Of a stretch of DNA of 64,000 bases, positions 1-25,659 are shown piece after piece. The translations under genes were made by a program, and so were the position numbers. The stretch's first letter is position 1, and every line of letters starts with the position of its first letter. The notes beneath the pieces were generated by a model. It was given only the letters and a program-made list of their open reading frames with translations. It was not told the origin of the DNA and did not search any database. The stretch lies in contig CDLV01000005.1 of the NCBI GenBank assembly GCA_001244265.2, positions 1,612,001 through 1,676,000 on the forward strand, written 5' to 3'. This stretch comes from Microbotryum violaceum (lineage: Eukaryota).

Positions 1-2508
1 CCACTCTGCGGCCTTCGCAACGACCGAGCTGCTTCGCAACTCGTCCGGCTACCGAGACTGGTCCTCGCCATCCGTTCACGCCTGCCCTCCGGCGTCGTCC
101 GTTACCTCAACACGGGCGTACCACTCGAGTCTTGGCCTGCTTCGTATGTCCCTCTCTGGGACCACTACGCCTGCTCCTCCATTTGCGCCTCCGTCGATTC
201 GCAAACCGTCCTCCCGGGCCTGTCACCTTACCTCGACGAATCGCTCGCAGCACCCAAGGTCTGGCAGGCACTTCGCGAACGCTACGGCACCGTCTCTGCT
301 GTCGATCTGCTACCAGTCATCCAACGCCTCTTCAGCTCCGACCCTGTGCCGTCACTCCCGACCTGTTCCTGCAATTCCACGACAGTTTCGAAAACGACGC
401 CCGGCTGCTGCAGGACTCGCAGGTCACCGTGAACGCCCTTCTCGCCTCGCACTTGCTTGCTCGCCTTCCTTTGTCCTTCGACGCCTGGCGCACCACCTTC
501 GTTGCTGACCAGGGCGATTCCACTGCGATGCCCTCCGCCACCGAGATCTTCACGCGCCTTTACCGCGATGTCAAAGCCCGCCCGTCGATACTCCTGTTGC
601 CGCCGTCGCCACCCGCAGGCCCGCCACGGCTGTTCAAGGCCGTGCCCAAATCCGTCTTGTCGCAAGTTGCACTGGCTCCGGGAATGCCCAACACCGCCTG
701 GGCCGCCGCCTACCGAGCTCGTCGCACCGCTGAGAAGAAGGCCTCCCAGCCAGTCGCGTCACCAGCCGCAGTGGACACACCCAACTCTGTGTCGTTCACG
801 GCCTGTCTCCTCGCAACACCTTCGCCATTTCGCAAATCGGCTTGGCTTCTTGACTCGGGCGCTAATCGCCATATGACGAACGACAGGGGCCTTTTCTCCG
901 AGCTTCACACGGTCGCAGGCCCACGAGTTGGAGGCGTCGCCGGCTCCCTCCCTTCCACCGGCTGCGGCACCATTTGCATCCAGACTTCAACGGGTCCGAT
1001 CACTGTGTCCAATGTCCTCCTGGTACCGGATCTCCCATGCAACCTGCTGTCCGTCTTCCAGTTGGATCAACTTGGCTACCGCGTCTCCTTCGCATCTCGT
1101 TGTGCAAGCATCGCCCGTCCCTCGGGTGCCGTCGTCGCTACCGCTCAAGCCATCGGGAACAACCTGTACGCCTTGGCACTTGGACCTACACCCTGTACGC
1201 CCAAAGCCCTCCTCGCCATCCCTACCAAAGTGTCCTTGCTGACTCTGCACCGTCGCCTTGCGCACTTGCCCGTTGCGCAAATCAAAAACATTGTGCAGAA
1301 AGGCTTGGTTACTGGGGTGGATTGGGTGTATAAGGATCAGGAGCTCCGGGATTTTTACTGCAATGCTTGTCTCGCTTCCAAAGCGCATGCCCTCCCCTTT
1401 GCCCGGTCCAAGTCCATTGCCTCTGGCCGCCTGGATCTCCTCCATGTCAATGTAGCGCAAATGCCTCGCCCTACATTTGGTGGACATCGGTACATGCTGG
1501 TCATCATTGATGACTTCTCTCGCAAGCACTGGTGTATCCTCCTGGCACTCAAAAGTGACGTCTTCCCTTGCCTTCGCGACTGGATCCTTGAAGTCGAGAA
1601 TGCCACCGGCAACAAGGTGAAGACCATCCGCTCTGACAATGGAGGCGAGTTCACTCTGCGCAACTTTGTCGACTTCTGTACAAGCAAAGGCATTCGTCGG
1701 GAACTCACTATCCCTTACACACCCCAACAAAATGGGCGTGTCGAGCGCAGCAATCGCACCATCAAGGAGGGCATCCTTGCTCTGCTCTACTCCTCTGGCG
1801 CTGATTCACGCCTCTGGGGTGAGGCTGCCTTGTACTAGGTGCACTGCAAAAACCTGATGCCTCACGCCGGCATTGGTGGTGAGATCCCCGACACCCGTTG
1901 GCACGGCTTTGCGCCTGATATCTCCACCCTTCGCGCATTTGGCTGCCGCGCTTGGCACCACCTTCCCTCGGCCAAGCGCACGGACCTCGACCCCAAGGCT
2001 GTACCCCTCCTGTTCGTTGGTTTTGACCACCATGCCAAGGCTTTCCGACTCTTCGAGCCGTCCACGCGCAGGATACAACTCAGCCGCAATGTTGTCTTCC
2101 GTGAATCCGAGTTCCCTGCACTCCGGCCAGACACCGACGTTCGCGCTGAACCAATCCCACTCCCCGTCACTGTTGACGCATACCCTGACCAGGTAGACCC
2201 CCTTGAGCCTTCGCTCGTTGCTTCCCCTCGCTCACTCGCGCCTTGCGCTGAGCCACCTCGACCCGTGCCGGCAGCCCCTGACCAGGGCCCGCACCGTCCC
2301 GCCCCTGCCTGCGAGGTCCCTGACCAGGACTCGCTCGCACCCCTGCCCCTGACCAAGGCTCCCCTGCTCGTGAGCTCCCTGACCCGGAATCACCTGCATC
2401 AAGCGCCTCTGACCAAGGTAGCTCTGACTCGGCCATCTCCACGCCTTGTCCTTCCCCGCGCCCGTGGCCTCCCGTGCGTTGCCAGCGCCACCCTCACCCG
2501 CTCGGTCC
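1..2508 (+). mobile_element. Ty1/copia fragment A0 (gag end, protease, GAG-pre-integrase, integrase, linker), interrupted at 2509 by A1
   Basis: ORFs 132-1838 and 1839-2513 contain WLLDSGANRHM (protease), LHRRLAH..CNAC (IN zinc region), IRSDNGGEF and TPQQNGRVER (rve core); in-frame TAG at 1836-1838; similar to but diverged from A1. Confidence 0.93.
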
Positions 2509-2925
2509 TGTGAGAGTTACAACTCTCTGTACTTCCTTCTCACATCATCTCCCTCTTTCTGTCTTGTCCTCTCTGTGATTTTTGGCCTGTCCTTCACCCT
2601 GCTCTATCATCACTGGGCTTGGTCTGTGCACCTGCATCAAGCGCACGGACCTAGTCACTCTCTGCCTGGCTCCCCTTGCCTCTAGGCTGGGTCCGTGCGC
2701 TTGGCACTGGGGCACGGACCTGGTTGCGCACTTGCCCCAGCCAACTGGTTCCGCGCTTCTCACTCTCCTGCTCAAGCAACTTCATTGGTCTGGTCTCCCT
2801 GGTCCGTCGATCAGAGACTCACCACCGCTTGAGCAGGTGTGTAATCTCAAGCAACTTCATTGGTCTGGTCTCCCTGGTCCGTCGATCAGAGACTCACCAC
2901 CGCTTGAGCAGTTGTACGGTTCATA
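2509..2925 (+). repeat. Family A 5' LTR (TG...TA) with two 66-bp units (2771-2836, 2846-2911), lacking the 70-nt GTGAGC..CAG segment of other A LTRs
   Basis: Comparison with LTRs at 7899, 8151 and 26898. Confidence 0.9.
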
Positions 2926-5900
2926 GGTTATAAGCCACAACAAGCTACCAGCGCGGTCACCTCCGTGCCCGCCCTCGTCGTCGTCGTTTTTTTTTTTTTT
3001 TTCGCGCTTCGCACGACTCAGCCTCGCCCTGCACCCTGCACGCCTGGCATGTCCGACGACGCCATGTCCTTAACGCCTGGCATGTCCGACGACGCCAAGT
3101 TCTTAACGCTCGCGGTCCCCCCACCGCGCCCTCCCACACAGGTCGCAGCCTTCGCTGTTTCCGACCTTCTGCGCGACACCAACGGCTATCAAGACTGGGT
3201 CCTGACGCTATGCTCCCGTCTGCCCTCCGACGTTATCGACTACCTTCAGTCTGGCGTCCCTTCGTCGTCCTGGCCGCCATCTTACGTTTCATTATGGGAT
3301 CACTACGCCCGCGCCTCGATCTGCGCCGCCGTCGACCCTCGGATGGTTCTTCCCGGCCTCTCGCAATACTTCGGCGACCCTCGCAGCGGTCACAAGATTT
3401 GGGTAGCTCTGCGCATGCGATATGGCGCTGTTTCGGCGGTCGATCTTCTCCCTGTCATCTCTCGACTCTTCAGTCCCGACCCTATGCCCGACACCGTCGA
3501 CGAGTTCCTTCAGTTTCGCGACCGATTCGAGAACGACTCCCGCCTCCTCGACGACTCAAAGGTGACGACGGATTCCCTACTAGCGTCACACTTGCTCGCC
3601 CGGATGCCCTCCTCCCTCTCCGCCTGGCGCACTACGTTTGTCAATTCTCAGGGCACATCCCGTACACTGCCCCCTTCCGCCGAGATCCTCGACCGTATCT
3701 ACCGCGAGATCAAGGCTCGTCCGGTCGACTCCCCCGTTGCCGCCACTACCACCTCTCAGCAACGCGTTCCCCATAGCCCTTGCCCCAACCCCTCTTGCCG
3801 AAAGATGCACTGGCTTCGGGACTGTCCCGACACCGCCTGGGCCGCCGCCTTCCGCGCCCGCAAGGCTGCCGCCGGAGCGACTTTGCGAAATCACAAGAAG
3901 GGTTCCCGCGCCGTCGCCTCTCCTGCCGTCACCTCCCCTGCCGTCGACGAGAAGTCAGAACCCGCCACCTTCACAGCGTGCCTCCTCGCCACTCCGTCTT
4001 CCTTTCCTAAGTCGGCTTGGCTCCTCGACTCCGGCGCTAATCGCCACATGGCCAACGACAGCCAACTCTTCTCCACCCTCCGGCCGTTCGCTGGCCCGCA
4101 CGTTGCTGGAGTTGCCGGTTCTCTTCCGTCCACCGGTTGTGGCTCCGTCTGCCTCTCGACGTCAGCTGGCCCCGTTGTAGCGACCGACGTCCTCTTGGTA
4201 CCTTCGCTCCCGTGCAACTTATTATCGGTCCGCCGCCTGGATTGACTCGGTTTCACCACCTCCTTCGGTTCCGGCCGCGCCACGATCCGCAACTCCTCAG
4301 GCACCGTCGTCGCCACGGCACAAGCAATTGCAAATGACCTATACGCGTTAACCGTCGCACCCTCACCCTGTATGCCCAATGCCCTCCTAGCCACCCCCAC
4401 AGAGTTTCCTTACTGACTATGCACTGTCGCTTCGCGCATTTACCCGTCGCGCAACTCAAGAGCGTTGTGCAGAAAGGTTTGGTCACTGGGGTGGATTGGG
4501 TATATTCAGAGGAAGAGGTTAGGTCTTTCAATTGCAATGCTTGTCTCGCTTCCAAAGCGCATGCCCTCCCTTTTGCTCGTTCCAAGTCCATTGCGTCCGG
4601 TCGCCTGGACCTCGTCCACGTCGACGTCGCCCAAATGCCTCGGGCCAGCTTCGGCGGTCATCGCTACATGCTTGTGATTGTCGACGACTACACCCGCAAA
4701 CATTGGTGCATCCTCCTCACTCACAAAAGTGACGTCTTTCACCGTCTCCGCGCCTGGATTCTTGAGGTAGAGAACGTCACGGGTGACCGGGTAAAGACTA
4801 TTCGCTCCGACAATGGTGGCGAGTTCACTCTTCGGAACTTTGTCGATTTCTGTGTGGCCAAGGGTATACGTCGCGAGCTCACTATTCCGTACACCCCTCA
4901 ACAAAACGGACGTGTTGAACGCACCAACCGCACCATCAAAGAGGGTATCCTTGCTTTACTCTACTCGGCAGGTGCTGACACGCGCCTCTGGGCTGAGGCC
5001 GCCACGTACTTCGTACACTGCAAGAACTTGATGCCGCACGCAGGCATTCGCGGTGATATCCCTGACACTCGTTGGTATGGCATTGCACCGGATGTATCCT
5101 CATTACGTGCCTTCGGTTGTCGTGCGTGGCACTACCTTCCCTCGGTTAAGCGCACCGCCCTCGATCCCAAGGCTGTGCCGCTCATGTTCGTAGGGCTCGA
5201 CGACCACGCGAAGGCGTATCGCCTATTCGACCCGGCTACACGCAAAATCCTCCTCAGTCGCAACGTCGTCTTTCGTGAATCCGAGTTCCCTGCCTTGCAG
5301 AGCGTGGTCGACACCCACACTGGCACCACTCCACTTCCTGTGGCCGCCGACATTCACCCCGACCAGGTAGACCACTCTGAGCCGTCGCTCGTTGCTTCCC
5401 CTCACTCTCTGGCGCCTCGTGCCGAGCCCCAGGACCCGCGCCCGCTGCCTTTGACCAAGGCCCGCGCCGTCCACTCCCGCCCGCGTCCTCCCTGACCAGG
5501 ACTCACGCGCGCGCCCTGCCTCTGACCAAGGCTCTCCTGCCTCCGACCAAGGCTCTCTTCCTGCCTCTGACCAAGGCTCTCTTCCTGCCTCTGACCAAGG
5601 CTCCCTCATCAACCGTACGGGTGGCCTCCCTGACCAGGACTCCCCCGACACCCACGCCTCTGACCAGGGCAGCTCCGACTCGGCAATCTCCACGCCTTGT
5701 CCATCCCTCGACCGGTGGTGCCACGTCCGTTGCCCGCGCCGTCCTTGCCCGCTCGATCCGAGTCCCCCGACCCTATCGACCTCTTGCCACGCTCGGGTGA
5801 TATCGCTTCCGTCTGTCTCGCACCTGAATTCCCCGACGACCTGGACGACGCCCTCCACTCGCCTCCACCTGTCGCCCACCTTGCCTCCGGTGTCGTCGCC

Positions 5901-6161
5901 TTGCTCAACACCGCGCCTACGGACTCGACGGAACTGATCGCGCCCGCCCGGGATCCCCTCACTGGCGTGCTGCCATGGCAACCCCTCAAGCTGACGAGTG
6001 GCGTCTCGCTGCCCAGGCCGAATTCGACTCACTTTCTCGCGATTTCTCCGCTTTCACACCAATTGATGAGTCCCTCGTGCCTGCAGATGCTAGGATCCTC
6101 GGCTCTCGATTCGTCTTCCGTACGAAACGCAACCAGCACGGTGAGGTCAAGTCTTACAAAG

Positions 6162-6413
6162 TATTAGGAGCAATATACCACTGCACCAAAAGGAGAGGCA
6201 CCTCTACTTCAGGGAGCGCATATTGTCCTAGAAGTGAGATGGAGGGAGGTTCAACACCCCCTGTGCGCAAAGCTGAAGAGCTTGTGGCAGTGGGTGCGGC
6301 TTTGAAGGCAAGTGCGGGGCGCGCACGAAATTTGCCTGACCCAGGGGGTGCGGCTTTGGAGGCAAGTGCGGGGTGCGCGCAAAATTGCCTGACCCCAGGG
6401 GGCTTGAACCCAT

Positions 6414-6444
<31 letters not shown>

Positions 6445-6539
6445 TATCAGGAGCAATATACCACTGCACCAAAAGGAGAGGCACCTCTACTTCAGGGAGC
6501 GCATATTGTCCTAGAAGTGAGATGGAGGGAGGTTCAACA
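6162..6539 (-). mobile_element. TRIM (non-autonomous miniature LTR retrotransposon), 378 bp, inserted in the A1 RT
   Basis: 95-bp LTRs 6162-6256 and 6445-6539 (one difference seen); TSD caaag 6157-6161/6540-6544; PBS 6414-6444; PPT (ccccc on +) 6257-6261; internal two-copy ~54-bp repeat 6292-6400; host RT frame [11 protein letters not shown] is restored on removal. Confidence 0.95.
6414..6444 (-). promoter_or_regulatory. Extended primer-binding site complementary to the D-arm and anticodon arm (5' half) of a tRNA-Met(CAT)
   Basis: + strand reads gagc-agctggta-gctc-g-ttggg-ctcataa-cc: D-stem GAGC/GCTC, then anticodon stem and CAT anticodon loop. Confidence 0.85.
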
Positions 6540-8150
6540 CAAAGGTCGACTTGTTGCCCGTGGCGACTCTCAGCGCTCGGGCATCGATTTTGACGAGACC
6601 TTCGCACCCGTCGCTAAGTTCACATCCATTCGCGCACTCCTCGCCCTCGCAGCCGTCCATGGTTACCACATTCATCAGGCCGACATTGACAAGGCCTACC
6701 TCCACGGTAAATTGGACAAGCCACTCTACATTCGCGTACCCGATGGAGTCTACATGCCGGGCAAGGTTCTCCAGCTGCACCGCTCTCTCTACGGCTTGCG
6801 CCAGGCTGGACGTATTTGGAACGACGAGATCGACTCTGCCTTGTCGGCTCTCGGCTACACCGCCACGGAGTCGGACCACTGCGTTTACGTTCGGGCGGCC
6901 GGTGATGAGCGTCACTATATTGCGCTCTACGTTGACGACTTGCTCATGATCAGCCCTTCTCTCCCAGAGATCGAGCGTACCCTCCACGGTCTCGAGCAGC
7001 GTTACGGCGTCAAACGACTTGGTCAGGCGGAATACATCCTCGGCATCCAAATTCGGCGCTCCAACGACGGCTCCATCACTCTCAGTCAGGAGCAGTACCT
7101 CAAGGACGTTCTTGCTCGCTTTGGTATGTCCGATGCTCACTCTGTCGCCACACCCATGCAGCCCGATCTCCGCCTCGAAGTCGAACTCCAACCCACCCCA
7201 TTCCCGGATCGAACTCGGTACCTGCAAGCGATCGGCTCTCTTATGTATGCTTCTACCGGTACACGTCCCGACCTTGCCTACACCGTCGGATATCTGGCTC
7301 GCTTCTCTCGTTCACCGTCTGCTGCTGCCTGGGGTGCGATCAAGCACGCCTTCCGCTACGTTGCCGGCACTCTATCTCACGGCTTACGCTACACTCATGG
7401 TGATCCGGCTCCCTTGGTCGGCTACTCGGACTGCAATTGGGGTGCATGCCTCTTATCCTCCAGATCGACTATGGGTTACAACTTTACCTACGCAGGTGCC
7501 GCCGTCTCCTGGTCCTCCCGTCTACAGTCACGCGTCGCCGACTCCACTTGCGACGCCGAGTACCTCGCTCTGTCCCACGCCGGCAAGGAGGCCATTTTCC
7601 TACGTCAACTCTTTGGTGAGCTTGGTCTCCCTTCTTCACAGCCCGTCCTCATCTACGGCGACAATCAGGGTGCCAATGCTCTCACCAAAAACCCGGTCTT
7701 CCATGCTCGCACTCGACACATTCGGCTTCGCGAACACTTTGTCCGGGATATGGTCTCCATGGGCGACATTGTCGTCCAATACATTGCCACCAGCGAGATG
7801 ACGGCGGATATCTTCACCAAGGCCTTGTCTCGTGACCTCTTTGCTCGGCACCGCGGCCGACTTGGTGTCTGTGCTCCCTGATGTTTGAAGTAGGGGGGTG
7901 TGAGAGTTACAACTCTCTGTACTTCCTTCTCACATCATCTCCCTCTTTCTGTCTTGTCCTCTCTGTGATTTTTGGCCTGTCCTTCACCCTGCTCTATCAT
8001 CACTGGGCTTGGTCTGTGCACCTGCATCAAGCGCACGGACCTAGTCACTCTCTGCCTGGCTCCCCTTGCCTCTAGGCTGGGTCCGTGCGCTTGGCACTGG
8101 GGCACGGACCTGGTTGCGCACTTGCCCCAGCCAACTGGTTCCGCGCTTCT

Positions 8151-16661
<8,511 letters not shown>

Positions 16662-16976
16662 TGTGACAAGTCCACTCTCAGCTCGGCAGAGGCGCCTCGG
16701 TCGGTGCGCGCACCCGCTAGCCCGCCCCCCTGCGCTGGGGACTTAGACGCGCGCGACTGACTCAGCGCGCCAGCGCCGGGTGGATCCGTGCGCGTGCCCA
16801 TAGGCCGCCCCCTTTGCGGTGGGGACTTAGGCGCGCGCGACTGCCTAGCGCGCTAGCAACTTCACCCGCGACTGGGCCTATCCCAGCGCGGGTCCCCTTT
16901 CTATTTCTTAGCTTCCCTCTCACCACTTCTGTTCAACAATCGACCTCTCCTGACAGTAGTGGTGATTGTCTCATAG

Positions 16977-17045
16977 GTATGCTGAAATATACCACTTCTG
17001 TTCAACAATCGACCTCTCCTGACAGTAGTGGTGATCGTCTCATAG
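16977..17045 (+). other. Predicted 69-nt spliceosomal intron at the U5/PBS junction of the B2 5' LTR
   Basis: TAG|GTATGC donor at 16977, CCTGAC branch motif 17018-17023, TAG acceptor ending on the first G of the PBS (17045). Same 69-nt arrangement on - at 13704-13772 in B1. Confidence 0.75.
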
Positions 17046-17949
17046 GTTATTCGCCCATCGACCTACCGCTGGCATGGACACGTCGTCGCCCCTAACGACG
17101 GTGCCCACCCAACAATCCCCGCCGAACAGCTCGCCGCACTTACGTCGCTGCTGTCGGGTCTCACCACTGCCACATCCGCCACGTCGTCCGGCACCTCTCG
17201 CCCCGCCTTTCCCAAGCACGCACGCTTGGATGGGCCCAAGACGTTTGCGAGCTGGACACGCCAGCTTCGCCTCTGCCTCGCGGACGACATCCGCTCATAC
17301 GTCCTCGACGGGATTGTGCCGCCGACTGGACACCTTCGCACCGCTCTGCCCGCGATGTCGTGGCACGTGAGCTCCTAGCGAACTCGATTGACTCAGCCGA
17401 CATCTCGGCAGTCCTCGACCAAATCCCTACCGCCGACCTCACAGCGCCCAAATGTACTCGACGCTGAAATCGCGGTATGCTCCTGACGACGCCACTTGCA
17501 CGCTCGACTCTTCTCCCGACTGTGGAGCTTCCGGCCCATGCCTGGCACCGTTGGCGAATTCGACGGCTGGATCATGGAGTTCAAAGCTATTGCGCAAGAA
17601 ATCATCGATACGAAGACCACGATCAACGATGTTCTCGCCACACTCCTCCTCGCCATCTCTCACCCGTCCCTCGAGAGTTTCAAGGCGTCCTGTTCACCGA
17701 TGAACAGCGCCACTCAACGATCTCTCCCTGCCATCGATTCGCTCGCCGACCGCATGCGTGTTCAACTCCGGTCCACCAACGTCCCCAGCACCCAATCGGC
17801 CCTTCTTGCCTCGTCGTCGTCACGTCTACCCGTCCCAAGTGTCTCGCCTGTCGCAGCCCTTCGCACCGTGTGGCGGAGTGCCCTGTGAGAGCGACACACC
17901 CGCCGCCAGGACCCTGTCGCTCCTGCAAGCAGAATCACTGGTCTTTTGA

Positions 17950-18854
<905 letters not shown>

Positions 18855-21271
18855 TGAAGGTCCTCCGAACTGACAATGGTGGCGAGTACTGCTCGAGAGC
18901 ATTCACGGAGTTCTGCAAGGTGCGAGGTACGCGTCGACAATACTCTATCGGTCGCACGCCTCAACAAAACGGTCGGGCGAGCGGGTCAATCGTTCCATTG
19001 TTGAAGGTATTCTTGCCCTTCTGGCGGACGCCCATCTACCCAAGACATTCTGGGAGGAGGCTGCGGCTTACTTCGTTTACTGCAAGAACCTGGTTCAACA
19101 CTCGGCTCTCGACAAGGCAACACCGAACTCGGTCTGGCAGGGCGGACGCACTACAGCCTCCGCGCTTCATCCGTTTGGCTGTGCGGCTTGGCTCACGGTC
19201 GCGCCCGAATTCGCTCTAAACTCGACCCAAAAGCGGTTCGCGTTCTGTTCACACGGCTACGACTTGGCTTCCAAAGCCTTCCGCTTCTACGACACTACAA
19301 CAAAAAGGTCACCCTGGCAGAAATGCCACCTTCCTCGACACGAATTCCCCGGGTTATGTGGCGACTCCGCCGATCCAGACGATGACACGCACTTCGCCAG
19401 CGTCCCTTCGCCGACCCTCAAACCGCCGTCAAGTCATGGACCCCACTAGTAAGGTCGGCGCACATGGACGTCTCATCCCCTCTTGATGATTCTTCCATGA
19501 GCGCCGTTGACGTGGCCCCAGGGTACACTGGCGGATCCTTACTTAATCCCACAGATGCCGAATCGTCCGCGCACCGTCGCCTGCGCCGTCCTCGTCACTG
19601 TCTCCTGAACGGCCTCGTCCCCGCCGGCTGCACCATCGTCCGCGCTTCACCGTCGTTGGCTGCATGTTGTCACCTTCGCCTTACCCACTGAATCTGAGTA
19701 CTCCGCCGATCCTCTTGACCTCATCGGCTCACAGCCCCAGGCTCCCCTCGACCCCATGGACAACCCCCCCGACTTCAGCACGTACCGCGAGCCCGCATCG
19801 GCGAGGAGTCGCCCGAGAACTCGATCTCATTGGACGCCACTCTCACGACGAGTCCCCGACGAAATCGATTTCCTCACTCGCCATCACCGCGCGTTCATTG
19901 CGACTGACGACGACAACTCTGACACCGAGGCCATCGAACCCGTCAAATCCATTACGAGCGACCACAGACCTGGCGGGAAGCGATGTCGGGCGACAAATGA
20001 GGTATGGGCCAAGGCCGCTGCCGATGAGTTCAATTCCATGCGCGACGACTTCAAGGTCTTCACCATTGATGACCGTTCTACAGTACCTGCGGGCGCGACT
20101 GTCGTAACATCCAAGTTCGTCTGGCAAACAAAACGGAATGCACTCGGCGAGATCACCGGACACAAGGCACGGCTGGTAGCGCAGGGCAATCGGCAACGGG
20201 ACGGCATTGACTTCAACGAGACGTTCGCACCCGTTGCCCGCTTCTCTTCGATACGCTCACTCCTCGCGCTCGCGGCTGCCAACGGCCTGCATGTGCACCA
20301 AGCGGACATCGACAAAGCCTATCTTCACGGCGACCTCGATCACGACATCTGGATGACGGCACCAACGTTTGATCTTCCAGCAACAAGGTGCTTCGACTGC
20401 GCCGTTCCATCTACGGGCTCAAACAGGCCGGCCGAATCTGGAATCGACAAATCGACGCTTCGCTTCGCGACCTCGGTTACACGGTGACAGGCACCGATCA
20501 CTGCATATACTCTCGGCTCGATGATCGTCAACGCTCACACTACATCGCGCTGTACGTCGACGACCTTCTGATGATCAGCCCGGACCTGGCCGAAATCGAA
20601 CGCGTCATCTCGGGCCTGGAACAACGTTACGGTGTCAAACGCCTTGGACCGGCCGAGTACATCCTCGCATCCAGATCAGGCGTCTCAACGACGGCTCTAT
20701 CGCCCTATGCCAGGAACGGTACATCATGGACGTGCTCGCTCGGTTCCACTTCGACACTACGACTCGCGCGCACCATCCCCATGACCCCCGGTCTTTCGCT
20801 CACCGCCATTCCGGGCCAAGGCACGGAACAGATCAGGTCGTGGTATCTACAGGCAATCGTCGCTCCTCTTACATCTCGCTTGGCACTCGCCCCGACATCG
20901 CCTTCGCCGTATCTTACCTGGCCCGCTTTGCCAACAACCCGGGTCAGCGCCATTGGATTGCCGTCAAGCACGTCCTACGCTACCTCCGAGCCACTTATCG
21001 CGACGAGCTTCTCTACACTCGTGGAAAGACGGACATCAAGGGCGTGGTAGGTTACTCCGATGCCAACTGGGGTGCCTGCGTCGACACATCGGTCTCCACC
21101 ATGGGTTTTGTCTTCTACATTGCCGGCTCCGCTGTGTCCTGGTCCTCCAAGCGTCAATCGCGGGTCGCCGACTCTACCACCGACGCGGAATACCTCTCTC
21201 TCTCGCATGCTGGCAAGGAAGGGATCTACCTCAGTCAGCTGCTTGAGGAGCTCCATGTCCAGTCCGGTATC

Positions 21272-25659
<4,388 letters not shown>

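Larger units (their letters stand above)
3049..7881 (+). pseudogene. Copia gag-pol polyprotein of A1, disrupted by a stop (4243-4245), indels and the TRIM insertion
   Basis: ORFs 2965-4245, 4419-5495, 5975-6161 (up to the TRIM) and 6517-7881 with DSGA, SDNGGEF, RLVARG, LYGLRQA, YVDD, YSDCNW, ADIFTK motifs. Confidence 0.9.
2509..8150 (+). mobile_element. Ty1/copia element A1: 5' LTR 2509-2925, PBS, gag-pol, PPT, 3' LTR 7899-8150 cut by A2
   Basis: Direct repeat starting tgtgagagttacaac at 2509 and 7899; PBS ggttataagcc at 2926; PPT gaagtagggggg 7887-7898; domain order PR-IN-RT-RH. Confidence 0.95.

Noticed and set aside
2771-2911. Hammerhead, HDV or twister ribozyme in the duplicated LTR units (retrozyme idea)
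   Set aside because: By eye no complete catalytic core on either strand (ctgatcga without GAAA; no HDV P4/J4-2; ggttataagccc is the PBS). An Infernal search would be decisive.
2509-2925. Whole solo LTRs acting as introns (T|GTGAG...TA|G)
   Set aside because: Needs a flanking G, leaves an out-of-frame remnant with the TSD, B LTR starts are poor donors, and no host exon context is visible.
6414-6444. tRNA-Met gene
   Set aside because: Only D and anticodon arms; no acceptor stem or T-arm; sits at the PBS position.
16922-16976. H-type pseudoknot in the B unit (acaatc/gattgt)
   Set aside because: The pairing is absent in the B' unit.
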